The notes: a model not told the origin generated them from the sequence alone. Shown: positions 1 through 11,927, counted from the first letter of the stretch. The stretch: DNA of 64,000 bases from Nitrosopumilus sp. (GCA_965203315.1 OZ241857.1:416001-480000), one strand, 5' to 3'. Program-made: numbers and translations.

Positions 1-89
1 TCAAGATCTATATCCACATCTTGGAAATTTTTAAAGTTGTGAACTCTGATCTTTCCTACATAAAAATTAGGTTTACTTGTGGCCAACAT
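1..89 (-). CDS. 5' end of a probable ABC/AAA-type ATPase (runs off the window)
   Basis: Minus strand from ATG at 89 reads MLATSKPNFYVGKIRVHNFKNFQDVDIDL, typical of the 'I.V.NFK.F.D..IDL' start of RecF/OLD/AAA_21-type ATPases. Confidence 0.55.
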   Translation of the reverse strand, partial: MLATSKPNFYVGKIRVHNFKNFQDVDIDL

Positions 90-236
90 AGTATTTTTTA
101 TAAATTTCCTTATATTCTTTTCAAAAGTCTACGATAGATGATTTTCAATCATATCTGTTGATATCAAGTGATCATGTAAATATTCTAGACTATTAATTTG
201 GTACTCGACATATTGACAAATTAACGCCACTATGAA

Positions 237-1961
237 TTACCTAGATCGAACTTTGTCTTGTATCTGTGCTAGGATGAGCTCAGCCTTGTTTTTGTTCTCA
301 AAGTTTTCGCTAGTCTCGTCAATAATCTCATCTATTTCATAACTCTTGTCGACCAGTACGTTTGCAACATGATCATCTAGTGTACCACTACCTATCAAAT
401 AATATGCAAAGACAGTACTCTTTTGTCCAATACGATGTAATCGGTCTTCAGCCTGTCTGTGAATTGCAGGACTCCAATCTAGTTCTGCAAATACTACATA
501 CTTTGCTCTAGTTAGGTTTATTCCAACGTTACCTGCACGCAAACCAGCAATCATCAGCTTTGTCTCACCTTGTTGAAACTTGTTTATGTTGGATTGTCGC
601 ACTGTGTCTGTCTGTCCGCCTATTATTGATACTGGTGAAAACTCTGACAAACTATCGTGTAATAGTTTGTGCATGACTTTATGATGGCAAAAGACAACAA
701 CACTCTCTTCAATCTCCATAATGTTTTGCACAAAGTTGATTATGTGTGGTAGCTTTGCGATACCAGCTATCTGTCGCTCACTCTGAATTGCGCGTTGGTA
801 TGCAGCAGACTTTGAAAACTCACTCTTTGCTTCTTTTTGTGCACTCTCCAATGTGTCCCAAATTTTGGCCAACTCGTCTAGATAGTAATCGGTATTTGCT
901 GCAATAACCTCTTTGTATCGAACTTTGTCTTTGAGTTCTTTTAAAACATCTGATTTCTTTCTTCGTAACATCACATGCTTTTGTAGTTCGTTACGAAGTG
1001 ATGCACGCCTATTCTCTAGCACTATTGCTTTTCCTTTAGAGTTTACATAGCAAAAGTACTCACAAAACTCTTTAAAACTTCCCAACAGTCCAGGTCGTAA
1101 AATATCTATGATTGGCCATATCTCAGAGCCTCGATTATATATGGGAGTTCCTGATAGACCTATTCTGTATCGAACAGTTGATAGTGCAGATAGTTTTTTG
1201 ACTGCCTTGTATTTCTGTGTGGTCTTGGAGCGGAGGTTATGAACCTCGTCACATACTATGCACTTTATTCCTGCTTTAGCAAGATCTGCATATCGTTTGA
1301 ACAACAACTCGTAGTTTATCAGATAGATATCAGTTTGTGGTAATGGACTAGACTTGCCGGTTCTAATTGTGGTCACGCTAGGTGACTCAGACTCTATGAT
1401 GCGACCGTTTCGACTCTTTCTCTTGAGAAACTTTCTTATCTCATTCTCCCAGTTGTTAAGAGTTACCAGCGGAGCCACTATCAGCATCGGAAATGACTGT
1501 TTCTCGGTTGCAGCGTACGCGAGTGTTTGGACAGTCTTTCCAAGACCCATCTCATCTGCAAGTAATGCATTGCCTGAAGATTTTAACAAGAAATCCAAGC
1601 CTTCTCTTTGAAAGTTTAACAACTTGCCTCTAAACTGTTCTCCCGCCTTTGCACGTTTCAGCTTTAGCCTTACAGCTGGAGCGGTAGTCTTTACATATGT
1701 ACTCTTTGTGATCTTTTTCTGCCACGCACTCTTTGATAGAATCTTGAGTGGGTATCTATCCATTATGAGTTTGATCTGTTTTATGTTCTCGTCACTGTCT
1801 GGGATGATTATCTCGTTGATGTTCTCACCATACCATGCCTCTGTGACTAGTCGAGACAGCATTGAGACAGCTCGATCTCCAGTAATCTTCCAACTCCAGA
1901 TCTTGGAGTATCTATCTAGAACATACTCTAGTGTACCAATGGTTTTGGTCATAGTCTTCAT
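237..1961 (-). CDS. SNF2-family helicase/ATPase (HARP/SMARCAL1-like)
   Basis: LADEMGLGKT, DEVH, LSGTP, GINLT and QAEDRLHRIGQ motifs. Confidence 0.95.
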   Translation of the reverse strand: MKTMTKTIGTLEYVLDRYSKIWSWKITGDRAVSMLSRLVTEAWYGENINEIIIPDSDENIKQIKLIMDRYPLKILSKSAWQKKITKSTYVKTTAPAVRLKLKRAKAGEQFRGKLLNFQREGLDFLLKSSGNALLADEMGLGKTVQTLAYAATEKQSFPMLIVAPLVTLNNWENEIRKFLKRKSRNGRIIESESPSVTTIRTGKSSPLPQTDIYLINYELLFKRYADLAKAGIKCIVCDEVHNLRSKTTQKYKAVKKLSALSTVRYRIGLSGTPIYNRGSEIWPIIDILRPGLLGSFKEFCEYFCYVNSKGKAIVLENRRASLRNELQKHVMLRRKKSDVLKELKDKVRYKEVIAANTDYYLDELAKIWDTLESAQKEAKSEFSKSAAYQRAIQSERQIAGIAKLPHIINFVQNIMEIEESVVVFCHHKVMHKLLHDSLSEFSPVSIIGGQTDTVRQSNINKFQQGETKLMIAGLRAGNVGINLTRAKYVVFAELDWSPAIHRQAEDRLHRIGQKSTVFAYYLIGSGTLDDHVANVLVDKSYEIDEIIDETSENFENKNKAELILAQIQDKVRSR

Positions 1962-2533
1962 AATTTGGAATATGATATTTTCTTTGCTTTATGAATCTTG
2001 ACATTGTTCTTTAGAGGAGGGGTTGAGACATGCTGAGAAGACAAAACTAGGTCTGGATATCAAAGACTCGTCATGTTCAGTGTACGCTATATGATCTTTT
2101 GAATCATCTCAATGTTAACTAGTCGTCTTCCAGAGATAGAGTACATACACTAGTCTCGGTTCTAGTTAGTGAGTGTTTTGGTAAATTAATAGTTTTGGGT
2201 TTGCATAGACATTATGAACAGAATACCTAGTTATCGGTCTATTCATAGGACAGAGTTTAGAGGTTTAGGATAAGATACACAGATGGTAGAGCATCGATCG
2301 GCTGAGTCAAGCAGGATATCATAGAGCAATAGACCAAGACTACGAAATGAAACATCTCAACTGAAAAAGTGATGAGACAATAGCAAGTATCCAACTAGGA
2401 AGTGTTGATACCAAATCTGACAAGAACATCTGCAAACTATTCCAAGAAACGTTTGAGACTAAAGATGTGATGTTTGTACCAGCTACTGGATAGATTCTCA
2501 AATTCCAAAAGGCACTAGAACTCTCACACACAA

Positions 2534-2824
2534 CTAGAGAGTTCTTTGTGCTGATCGTCCTTGTTGCATCCATGTAGTTATACATGTAAAGATTGAACTC
2601 AATCGCTGTCTACCTTTCTCAGATGCGACATGTCGACATACCGTGTTAAACATCACAAGCCTTGAGTACGTTCTGCCCGATTGTTTGCTGAATCTGCCCA
2701 CACGTGTCATGAATATGCATAGTTCATGTACTGCATCATCTGGATATGTCATCTGCTTGGACACTAGTTGCTTTTCTGCATCTATGGTCGCGAACATAAT
2801 GATTTTCCTAGTATGCGGTATCAC
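2534..2824 (-). pseudogene. IS66-like transposase C-terminal remnant
   Basis: 'RHVASEKGRQRLSSIFTCITTWMQQG' resembles the IS66 C-terminus and the remnant at 56883-57047. Confidence 0.55.
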
Positions 2825-3083
2825 AATTTGGCGTTAGCTGTTCTGCCAGAGGTAAATTCCGTCTCCGACCTCATATGCGAGAGTAAACAAGAAGACAATT
2901 CCTTTCGTGACTATAGTGTGACCATTTACTCTTGAGATACAAGAGTCTTGGATATGACTCTAGTTAACAAAGACTGTACAAGATAGAACATCACAAGTTG
3001 TCTTTTTAATACTTTATTCTTGATCCAATACCTTACAATAATAACATACAAATCTTTAAAGAACTGTATTCCTCATACTGAAT

Positions 3084-3350
3084 ATGAGTATTGAGAGGAT
3101 TCAAGAAAATCTATCCAGGAAAGTTTTTCAACACACTAAAAGTCCAAGAAAAGCATCAAGCAGAGCAATGGGAACACTTTTAGAGATTATAACTTTCTAT
3201 ATGTTAAGAACTTGGAACTTTAGAGACTCAATATCTGTTGAAACTGCTGTTTCAGAATATGGATATAACCAAATTACGCACAATGTAGAGTATTCTTTAC
3301 ATCCGACAAGCACCACATACAACATCAAAACTAAAAGGTGGAATACTTAA
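3084..3350 (+). pseudogene. Truncated probable type II restriction endonuclease (N-terminal fragment)
   Basis: 88 aa ORF (GTLLEIITFY...HNVEYSLHP) overlapping the start of a methyltransferase gene; the call rests mainly on context. Confidence 0.4.
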
Positions 3351-3766
3351 TGACCGCGGGTCGACACATTAATTCATCTAAAAAAGATTGGGGCACTCCT
3401 GAAAAATATGTTACAGCTGTTCGTGAGGTGTTTAGAGGTACAATATGCCTTGATCCATGCTCAGATCGTTCAAGTATTGTTAATGCAGATAATGAATAGA
3501 TATCATGTATAATTCGTTATTCACATGAACGCTCTTTGTTGATTAAAATAACTTGTTGTATCGTAAATTACAGAAAAAATAACATGTACTCTGGCATTTA
3601 TTCAAATTAGAAATAACAAAGACGCCGCAAAATACGGCACGTTAGCACAAAGTTGTACTAAATCGTACAAAATTGTACACGATTGTACACAAATACACAG
3701 AAATCAAAAGAACGTGCGCAGTCTTGGGACCATATTCTGTATCAAATGTGTTTTGATGTCTAAATT

Positions 3767-6291
3767 TTACTTTTTTGTCCGAGCTTTTTTTCTGTGTTTG
3801 TGTCTTTCTCTATGTCGACGAAACTCTTCCAATTCTATCAAGCGTTTCGATGGTTTGTTGTTCTCCTTGTCCCATAATATATCGTGGTTGACAAGAGACG
3901 CTACTGCTGCGGTTTTGCGTTGAAACTGTGGTTTGGTACCTTCAAACTGATCATTCATGCAACCAAACTGTCTTAACATTCCAACGGAGTGTTCAACAAC
4001 TATACGAATTGCCGCAATCCATTGATTGTACTCTTTTTGTTCTTGCGTGAGTTCACCATTTTTCGGTTTCTTGTATGGAACATAGACACATGAGCCCAAC
4101 ATATCATCGTACAGTCCTACATATGCAGCATCTCCAAATTGCTCTGGTCTTTGATGGTATGGCGTATTTGGATCTAGTAGCTTTTCCCAGTACCCTGTGA
4201 AATCTTCAAACATTGATCGTAGTATGTTTATCTCTGATGTATCGGCATAGTACACCTTACTAATACACAGAATCAATTTGTCTTGATTTGTTAGGATCAC
4301 TTGACGATAGACGTGTTTCTTTGACTTGCCTGAATAAGCTGCTGTTTCATCCTTTGATTTTTTTGGTTTGTCTATCTCTGTCTCGAATCCATCCACGAAT
4401 ATTCTGCCACCTCTTTCGCCTGGTACCCATCTCTTGAACTCTCTAGTTGTTTTACAACTAGCGATCTTTTCAAATATGTTCTCTACCGAAGAACTATTGG
4501 TCTCTAAAAATTTCGATACGTATGCTAGATGTCGAGATACCGTACCTTGATCTAGATCAAACAAACCTCCGATCTTCCATTGTGATAGACCACACCTCAA
4601 ATACGCGATTATCATGAACAGATAATACTTGGACATGTATCTGCACACGTTTCCTTGTGTTACAAAGATATCTGAGAACTGTGGGGTTTTATTTGGATGT
4701 TCTTCTATATACTCTACAAACCGTTTGTGTAGGTCATCAAATCGCTCTTGTGGCATCCTAACGTACGTATAGAAGAGATTTGGTTTGCTCATTATTCTGT
4801 TCCAAAACTCTAACACGTGTTGCGTATCTCGTTTATTCGTTTTACGTTGAAGTGAACACATCCACATCGATTCTTCGATCTTTTGTCTGGCATGTGCAAA
4901 GTCGAGTTTCTCTTTCAACTCTTTGATTTCGGTCTTTAATTCTTTGATTTTAGTTCTCGATTCATCACGTTCACTAGTTACTTTCAGACATCGCAAATGT
5001 TCGTGTAAATTTTGGCATCTAGGGCGCAATCGGCTCAGGTAGGATCTCGATCAATGTTTGCGCAGTTTTAAGAAACAAGCTTTGGTACATCTTGTGAGAT
5101 GTGATACCTTCGACCAACAATACAAGATTGAATATAGTCCACAAGTTTAGCAACATTTGTGCAGACATGAACATGTAAGTTCTACACGGTGTTGATCTAC
5201 TGTGAGTTCTAACACGCATATTTCGAGTAAATTTGAATCCATTCTCAATCTCCCAACGATCCCGATATTTCTCTAGATCAATATTTGGATCATTTGTTGC
5301 AAATGCTCTATACTCTTCTGGGTCATCTCTGTCACGAGTTATTATGATGTAACATTCTGCTTGATCCTTGCTGTTCTTTATTACATATTTTGACACTCTA
5401 GCTCGTTCTCCTCGTTTGTATTCCTCTATTGCCTTTTTTATGCCAGAAGTGTTTACGCATGGCATCAGATATCTGTGTCTAGTTCCATTCAAGAATTTGA
5501 TCATAGCAACTGAATAAAACCCACGATCGGCAACAAACAGCGCTGGTCTTGTAGAGTTTATTTCGTAAAAATCCACAATTTTAGGCATAAAATCAGCATT
5601 TTTTCCCCTTTTTTGACTGAAAATGTAGATAAAACAAGTCTTGTGCCTGGGTTGACCAGCTGTGCAGAGATGTGTGTCTCAAATACAGTCGTACCGTCTT
5701 TCGCTCTACCCTTAATCAGATCTGGATTATCTTTATCATATCTTGAAAAACTCGTTCTGTCTACTCCGATGATAGGATGTCGCGGAAAGCGACCAAGCCG
5801 TTTTAGCCCTGACAGATGTTCCATCACGGCATACTTGAATATCTCATCTATCGGTTTCTCACACGTCTCTTCGATCCTCTTCCTAATCCATTCGCTTGTA
5901 GGTGCATAACCGTTACTATCTCTGATCAATCTGGAACGATCAGCAGGAGATTTGTTTGCTACTGATGCATCTATGATGAGCTTAAGTCCATCCCATTTTG
6001 CATATTTGGCATTGTGATAATTAGATACTTTGAATGGTATCTGATCCATAGCGTTTGTGAAAATATATCTACAAGTAGAACGGTTTCTAGATATTGCTTG
6101 TCTCGGCGAGTCTGATTGTTTGCGCATTAGATTCCTGAGACATGCAATCCTTATTGACTTTGTTTGATCGATATTTTTGATCTTTTGGTTAAATTATAGT
6201 TACTTTTGCGATGTCTGACTTTGGCTAGTTTTCGTTCTAACGATTGTATCTTTTTGTTTTCTGCATCAGAGCATACTGTAACACTCTTCAT
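3767..6291 (-). pseudogene. IS5-family transposase split by an ISH3 insertion
   Basis: VDGFE, YSGKSKKH, GDAAY and RIVVEH motifs in 3767-4984. True N-terminus MKSVTVCSDAENKKIQSLERKLAK (6291-6218) joins in frame. Confidence 0.85.
4985..6217 (-). mobile_element. ISH3-family element with frameshifted transposase (6127-5558 and 5588-5019)
   Basis: TIRs CAGACATCGCAAA; 5-bp TSD ACTTT (4980-4984, 6218-6222); ADRGFY and YRDRWEIENGF motifs. Confidence 0.9.
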
Positions 6292-6799
6292 AATGGCTAT
6301 TCTACACATTACCTATCTAAGCAACTAGGTCAGATTCTGTTTATAAGGAGGTAAACTAAATCTTACCGTTTGCTCCTGTGAAAACGAATTATACATGATA
6401 TCTAATACATACTGCCCATAGATGGTTTAAAAGAATCCTGGAACTTTCCCACCATATACATAAATCCACCTTACGGTATAGATAAAAAACGAAACACGAG
6501 AATTATACACTGGTTTCAGAAAGCAGTAGAATCACGAAAAGAGTACAAAAATGAGATAATAATGCTAGTACCTGTAGCTACAAACACCACGCACTGGAAA
6601 AAGTATGTGTTTGGTGAAGCAGATGTCATGTGTTTTTTGTATGACACGAGATTAAAGTTTTTGATTAATGGCAAGTCTGGCGGAAATGGAGCACCAATGT
6701 CGTGTGCCATGATATACTATGGTAATAATACCAAGCGATTCGTCAAAGTCTTTAAGCGATTTGGCGCTACTGTACACATACAGCATTTGAAGTGTAGAT

Positions 6800-7150
6800 G
6801 ACGCAGTCAAAAATTATGAAAAACCAGATACAATACTTGCAGATTGTAGTAACTATAGTGGCACACAGTTCTATGTGTGTGAGGGGTCAAGAAAAAGAGT
6901 ATCTAAATTTGAGATGAGGTGGATAAAACTAGAAATCAAGTACATTCTTGCCCGAGCGTGACCCCCATAGATCAATGGTAATCTAGAACAGCTATTCGGT
7001 AAAGTTCAACACAAGTTGCCGGATTTGTTGCAATTATGTAGTGATTCAGAGACCTATTCGTATACAACTACAACTATGAATGACCACACATGTCTCTAAA
7101 GATCCCCGTGAACGACCAGCAGACGCATTTACCAGGAAACAACCCAAATT
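6800..7150 (+). pseudogene. Degraded IS481-like transposase remnant
   Basis: Broken frames give AVKNYEKPDTILAD..GTQFY and YNYE*PHMSL, matching the IS481 transposase at 28482-32361. Confidence 0.65.
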
Positions 7151-7273
7151 GTTGGTGGATAATCAAGAGATGAATCTCATGTCAAATGATTGGACATACT
7201 TTTCATATTCTCCATTTCATATTTCACAGAGAGATTGTGCTATAAAACATTCAATCGGACTAAGAATTTCAGA

Positions 7274-8173
7274 CTAGTTTGTAATCAGAGCTTCGATCAT
7301 CTTGTTTCGCAAACTCTCTGTAGAACCAATATGATAAAAGTGCTCATATTTGTGGATAGTGAATCTTGAAAAGTATTCTGCAATGTCATCGTTTCGTCTG
7401 TATGTGTTCTCGTACCATAGCGACAAGGCAAACCTACATTTGGTATTGTTGAGAAATTTGGCTAGATGTGCCATATCCGACTCGTCCCATGTGTCATAAT
7501 AGTTTGTATGCCTGCCATAGTATGGTGGATCGAGATAGATAAAGTCATCTGATTTTGTACGTTTTACAACTGTTTGCCAGTCTGTGACTTTGAACTGCCA
7601 GTCAACCTCTTGTAGTATGTCTTGAATATATTGTACCTGATTTGTTATCTTTGTTATGTAGGATTTTGAGAATCGACATGGTTTTTTACAGAATGGTGTA
7701 TTGAACTTGCCTTTAGAGTTGAATCTTATCAAACCATTAAAACCTGCCCGATTCAAGAACAAAAAGTCTAGTGGATCAATAGCACGTTTGTTGTGTTCAA
7801 TACTTTCAATCGCATCGTTGAATCGATCTCGAACATGATAATACCAGTCTGTATTCTCTTCTAAATTCTTACCTTCACGAGTTAGAAACTCTCTAACCAT
7901 ATCTGCAGTTATTGTACCGTTTTGAATTGCTTTGTAGAGGTTTATGATGTGTGGATTCACATCAGATACTAGAGCTCTCTTGGGCAGTATGTTGAACAGT
8001 ACAACACCAGAGCCTAGAAATGGCTCAATCCATCTACCTTTGCCAGACCACAATCTCTCTGATATGATTGTATCTGAGATAAACCTGACTAGCTTTGTCT
8101 TTATTCCTTGTGTCTTTATTGGTGGAACATGGATCTTTTGTAGAGTCTGGCTCAATATATGGTATTTAATCAA
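7274..8173 (-). CDS. Dam/D12-class DNA adenine methyltransferase
   Basis: EPFLGSG, FNGLIRFN and YLDPPY motifs. Confidence 0.9.
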   Translation of the reverse strand: MIKYHILSQTLQKIHVPPIKTQGIKTKLVRFISDTIISERLWSGKGRWIEPFLGSGVVLFNILPKRALVSDVNPHIINLYKAIQNGTITADMVREFLTREGKNLEENTDWYYHVRDRFNDAIESIEHNKRAIDPLDFLFLNRAGFNGLIRFNSKGKFNTPFCKKPCRFSKSYITKITNQVQYIQDILQEVDWQFKVTDWQTVVKRTKSDDFIYLDPPYYGRHTNYYDTWDESDMAHLAKFLNNTKCRFALSLWYENTYRRNDDIAEYFSRFTIHKYEHFYHIGSTESLRNKMIEALITN

Positions 8174-8436
8174 ATGAATTAATTAGTTTATTGCTCTGTA
8201 TATCTAGGTATAGTGAATCAAATCAAAATTTAATGAATTTACTAGAATGTTAAATCTTGGTTTTCGATAACAGTAAAACCCATCAAACGATCATGTCTAA
8301 ACGCTATGACAGTCCAACATATACAAAAATGAATCTCTCTGATTTACGTGGGAGTTTCACAAGGCTTTTTTCTAATTCCCTCTTATGGAATTTCATGGTG
8401 CTTTAACCATTAGTCTCATGTAAACCAAAGAGATCC

Positions 8437-8587
8437 GTAATAGTCAAACTCAACAGGATGTTGACGGTACAGATGGAAGCGATGTTTAATATTATCATCG
8501 ATAATATTTTGGGCACTACAAGCAACTGTACGTATGTTGTACTAGATTTCTGAGGACTCGAATTATACGGTAATGTTTCTAGATAAT
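8437..8587 (+). pseudogene. Eroded internal fragment of the VirD4-like gene
   Basis: VIVKLNRMLTVQMEAMFN...YVVLDF matches VIFNKLNKMLTIPEMDAMFN...YVVLDF of 34990-37623, also at DNA level. Confidence 0.65.
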
Positions 8588-8676
8588 CTTGCAAAAGATA
8601 TCGATTACAATTTGTAAAGTACGTGATTGTGTTCCAAGGTGTGGAATATACCACGCGATAATATTTTTAAGGCAAT

Positions 8677-9333
8677 GTGTTTAGATGTTCTGTGGATTAT
8701 AAACCAAAATATGCAGTCAAGGTACTCCAAAACATAGTATCAAGAAGAGGTTCTGGAAGGATACTAACATTTAGCAGTCCACATGTGTACAAGGCACTTC
8801 AATTACTATCTGCAGAGAGATATGTGAGTAGAGCAACATTTGGTCAAGAGATTCATCTGGGAGGCGGAGCAGTAAAGACACTGATCTCGTATCTTCGGGA
8901 TGCAAATATTATACAGTCAACACGATCAGGCAGTTATCTGACACCACATGGTAAGGTGATCATATCAGCAGTACGCCGCATCTTGCCAAAAGAGTGTACA
9001 ATAGAAAAATGTACACTAGCACCAGAGAACTATAACCACGCCATAATCATAAAGAGATATGCAGACGAGATACGATTGGGCATAGAACAACGTGATTATG
9101 CAGTAAAATATGGGGCAACCAGTTGCTCGACACTGCTGTATATAGAATCCAAGTTTGTGTTCCCAAATGAGACCAAAGATTGCTTTGATACCGACGTGTC
9201 CACGAGGAACCACATGATATCAAAGTTATCACCAAAAGAGTCAGACATAGTTATAGTAGCATCTGCAGCAGATCCATTTGTGGCAGAGATTGCTGCTAAA
9301 AACTCGGCACTCTCGACAATATCAAAAGGTTGA
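8677..9333 (+). CDS. Winged-helix protein (DUF4443/DUF2111-like)
   Basis: wHTH 'SRATFGQEIHLGGGAVKTLI...SGSYLT' plus 'GIEQRDYAVKYGA' motif. Confidence 0.7.
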   Translation: MFRCSVDYKPKYAVKVLQNIVSRRGSGRILTFSSPHVYKALQLLSAERYVSRATFGQEIHLGGGAVKTLISYLRDANIIQSTRSGSYLTPHGKVIISAVRRILPKECTIEKCTLAPENYNHAIIIKRYADEIRLGIEQRDYAVKYGATSCSTLLYIESKFVFPNETKDCFDTDVSTRNHMISKLSPKESDIVIVASAADPFVAEIAAKNSALSTISKG

Positions 9334-9418
9334 GACGACATTGGTGATGTGTTGAATTCACCACTTACTAGTGAGCATAAACCACTCAAAATTAATATTG
9401 GAATTGGTGATACAGCTT

Positions 9419-10699
9419 ATGCCAAAATTAAACATAGAGCAACAAGACTCTGTAAAGATGTACAAGATTAGAAAGACGCTCGAAGAGCTATCTCACAAGA
9501 CTGGACGTGGTACAGAGTTGATAACGGTGTACATTCCAAAAGGTAAACAACTTCACGAGGTAATAAACACACTACAGCAAGAACAGGGAACAGCTGACAA
9601 CATAAAATCAGATACGACTAGAACTCATGTTGTAGACTCTTTAGGAAAGGTCATTCAGAGATTAAAACTATACAAAAAGACTCCCAAGAGAGGACTGGTA
9701 GTATTTTGTGGGGCACTGCCGCCAGAAGAAGGAGGACCACTTGGTAGCGAGGTGGTTATGGTATGGGAGGTTGATCCGCCAAAAGATCTCAATCAATACC
9801 TATACCGATGTGATGATCACTTTCATGTAGATATCTTGAAAGGGATGCTAAAGGATGACAATCTGATCGGATTCTTGGCAATAGATGCAAAAGACGCCGG
9901 GTGGGGTCTACTACACAGCGACAAGATCGAGGTCTTGTCTCAGACGGGTTCAGGCGTCTCTGGAAAACATCGACAAGGAGGACAGTCCGCCAAACGATTT
10001 CAAAAACTGCGCGAGATGGAACTCACACACTATTACAATCGGGTTGCACAGACGACACGTGAATACTTTATAGATATTTATCCAGTAAAAGGATTGATAG
10101 TATCTGGACCTGGCCCAACCAAAGAGGAGTTCATAAACGGAAATTATCTAGAGTATCGATTACAAAATAATATCATTTCTACAATCGACGCATCATATTC
10201 TGGTGCAGAAGGGATACGAGAAGCATTTGCAAAGTCATCTGATATCTTGGGGAACTTTAGAATGGTAGAAGAGAAGATACTGGTAGAAAGTCTCTTTAGA
10301 GAGATCAATGGTAATACTGGCAAGGGATCGTACGGACTAGACGAGGTCATTGATTTTCTAAAAGGCAATGTTGTAGGTACATTGATAATTACAGACGATA
10401 CAGGACTCGATCGTGTATATGCAAAATGTAATCGATGTAGAGATCTGCAAGAGGTTACACTAGAACGACATCTGACCATTCCAAAAAAGACAGAGTATTC
10501 CAACAGTCCATGCCCAAACTGCAACGCAATGGATAAAGAGATCCGAGAACAAGATATCATAGATTATCTAGAGCTACTTGCAGCAAAGACTGGCACTAAA
10601 TTAGAAGTGATCTCTGGCAGTACAGAGTATGGAAAGATGTTAGCTAGTCTGGGCAAAGTTGGTGCAATACTGAGATATAATCCTGGTCACGCTAGCTAG
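9419..10699 (+). CDS. prf1: Archaeal peptide chain release factor aRF1
   Basis: GTELITVYIP, GTADNIKS, YRCD and GGQS motifs; start taken at ATG 9419. Confidence 0.97.
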   Translation: MPKLNIEQQDSVKMYKIRKTLEELSHKTGRGTELITVYIPKGKQLHEVINTLQQEQGTADNIKSDTTRTHVVDSLGKVIQRLKLYKKTPKRGLVVFCGALPPEEGGPLGSEVVMVWEVDPPKDLNQYLYRCDDHFHVDILKGMLKDDNLIGFLAIDAKDAGWGLLHSDKIEVLSQTGSGVSGKHRQGGQSAKRFQKLREMELTHYYNRVAQTTREYFIDIYPVKGLIVSGPGPTKEEFINGNYLEYRLQNNIISTIDASYSGAEGIREAFAKSSDILGNFRMVEEKILVESLFREINGNTGKGSYGLDEVIDFLKGNVVGTLIITDDTGLDRVYAKCNRCRDLQEVTLERHLTIPKKTEYSNSPCPNCNAMDKEIREQDIIDYLELLAAKTGTKLEVISGSTEYGKMLASLGKVGAILRYNPGHAS

Positions 10700-10812
10700 T
10701 ACTCGAGATGCTACGGATTTTGGCTGCAGGTACTGATAACTTGACGTCGTCTATGATCTCTCGTTTTGTCCAAACAGTTCCTCGTGCATTGTATGTAGGA
10801 ATTATATGAACA

Positions 10813-10989
10813 GGTTCTGTTCAATTGACGAGAGTTGAGTTCGTGATGACGTTATCTCAAAGAACGCACAACATCTGACTCAAAACAGCAGCAATTTACG
10901 ATAGCCGATGTGAGGCTGTTTCCATATTTTGCAAAATTTTTCGAGAATTTTGTGCAGAAAACGCCAACCCGCATCAATTGAACAGAACC
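10813..10989. mobile_element. MITE copy 1 (177 bp)
   Basis: 16-bp TIR GGTTCTGTTCAATTGA; diverged second copy at 32727-32901. Confidence 0.85.
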
Positions 10990-11859
10990 CTAAAAATATA
11001 TCTTATATGTGACTATAATGATATTAAAGATGCGAGTATGGAACGAGATCATGTTGATAGAATAGTGGACAAGATATCAAGTTTAGGTGAACAAGGCAGG
11101 CATGAAGAGGCATTAGCATTATGCGACAAAATGTTGAAGACTATGCCAAAGAGCTCGAGGATGTACATGATTAAAGCCGCTTATTATAAGAATCTCAAAG
11201 AATATGATAAAGCAATGAAGTGTATTGAACAAGCATTAGAATATTCTGATAAATACTCTAGAGCATCTTGCATATCTGTAAAGGCAGAGATTTTGTACCA
11301 TAGTCGTAGATATAGTGAAGCGATCGAGTTGATAGATAGATCGATACATAGTCGACTGTACTCACCAAACATGTATGCATTGAAAGGACTCGTCTTGCAT
11401 GCGCTTTATAGCAAATCTATGGACAAGAGAGAAGCAATGGAGATACTGCGCTGGTATGACAAATCATTAGAGTATGAACTAAATGATGTTATACTTGATA
11501 ACAAGGGAAGAATACTATACAATCTTGGCAGATATAATGAAGCGATCGAGTGTTATGAACGAGCACTGTCGATAAAACCCGAAAATGATCTATATTTAGA
11601 GAGTAAAGCCGCTTCGTTGTTTCTAGCAGACAGACTTGATGAATCCATCGAATGCTGCAGACAAGTAATCAAACTAGGCTCCAAAGATCCAAAGATACTG
11701 TTCTCATTGGCATGTACCATGTACAATCTTGATCTGTTCCAAGAAGCGCTAGATGCAGTAAACACTTCAATAAAACTAGATCCAACATCGGCTACAAGCT
11801 ATGAGCTTAGGCAAGATATCATGTCGGATTTACAATCTAGAACCAACAATCGATCATAG
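10978..11859 (+). CDS. TPR-repeat protein
   Basis: Repeats such as NKGRILYNLGRYNEAIECYERALSIKP; real start probably ATG 11038. Confidence 0.9.
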   Translation: MNRTLKIYLICDYNDIKDASMERDHVDRIVDKISSLGEQGRHEEALALCDKMLKTMPKSSRMYMIKAAYYKNLKEYDKAMKCIEQALEYSDKYSRASCISVKAEILYHSRRYSEAIELIDRSIHSRLYSPNMYALKGLVLHALYSKSMDKREAMEILRWYDKSLEYELNDVILDNKGRILYNLGRYNEAIECYERALSIKPENDLYLESKAASLFLADRLDESIECCRQVIKLGSKDPKILFSLACTMYNLDLFQEALDAVNTSIKLDPTSATSYELRQDIMSDLQSRTNNRS

Positions 11860-11927
11860 ATATCAAGTACTTAAATCTGCCGATTGACAACACAATAAAA
11901 ACAGATACGAAATCAAAAACATCTTGA

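Larger units (their letters stand above)
3498..6403 (-). mobile_element. IS5-family (ISL2/DDE_Tnp_4-like) element
   Basis: TIRs AGATATCATGTATAATTCGTT at both ends; 3-bp TSD AAT (3495-3497, 6404-6406). Confidence 0.9.
3350..6801 (+). pseudogene. Phage Dam-type N6-adenine methyltransferase interrupted by nested IS elements
   Basis: 3350-3497 gives MTAGRHINSSKKDWGTPEKY...LDPCS...DNE. Removing 3498-6406 restores the frame to YILP...INPPYG...LVPVATNTTHW. Confidence 0.85.

Noticed and set aside
3-13. AAGATCTATAT resembling the IS promoter motif
   Set aside because: It lies inside a minus-strand coding frame (DIDL) and is only a partial match.
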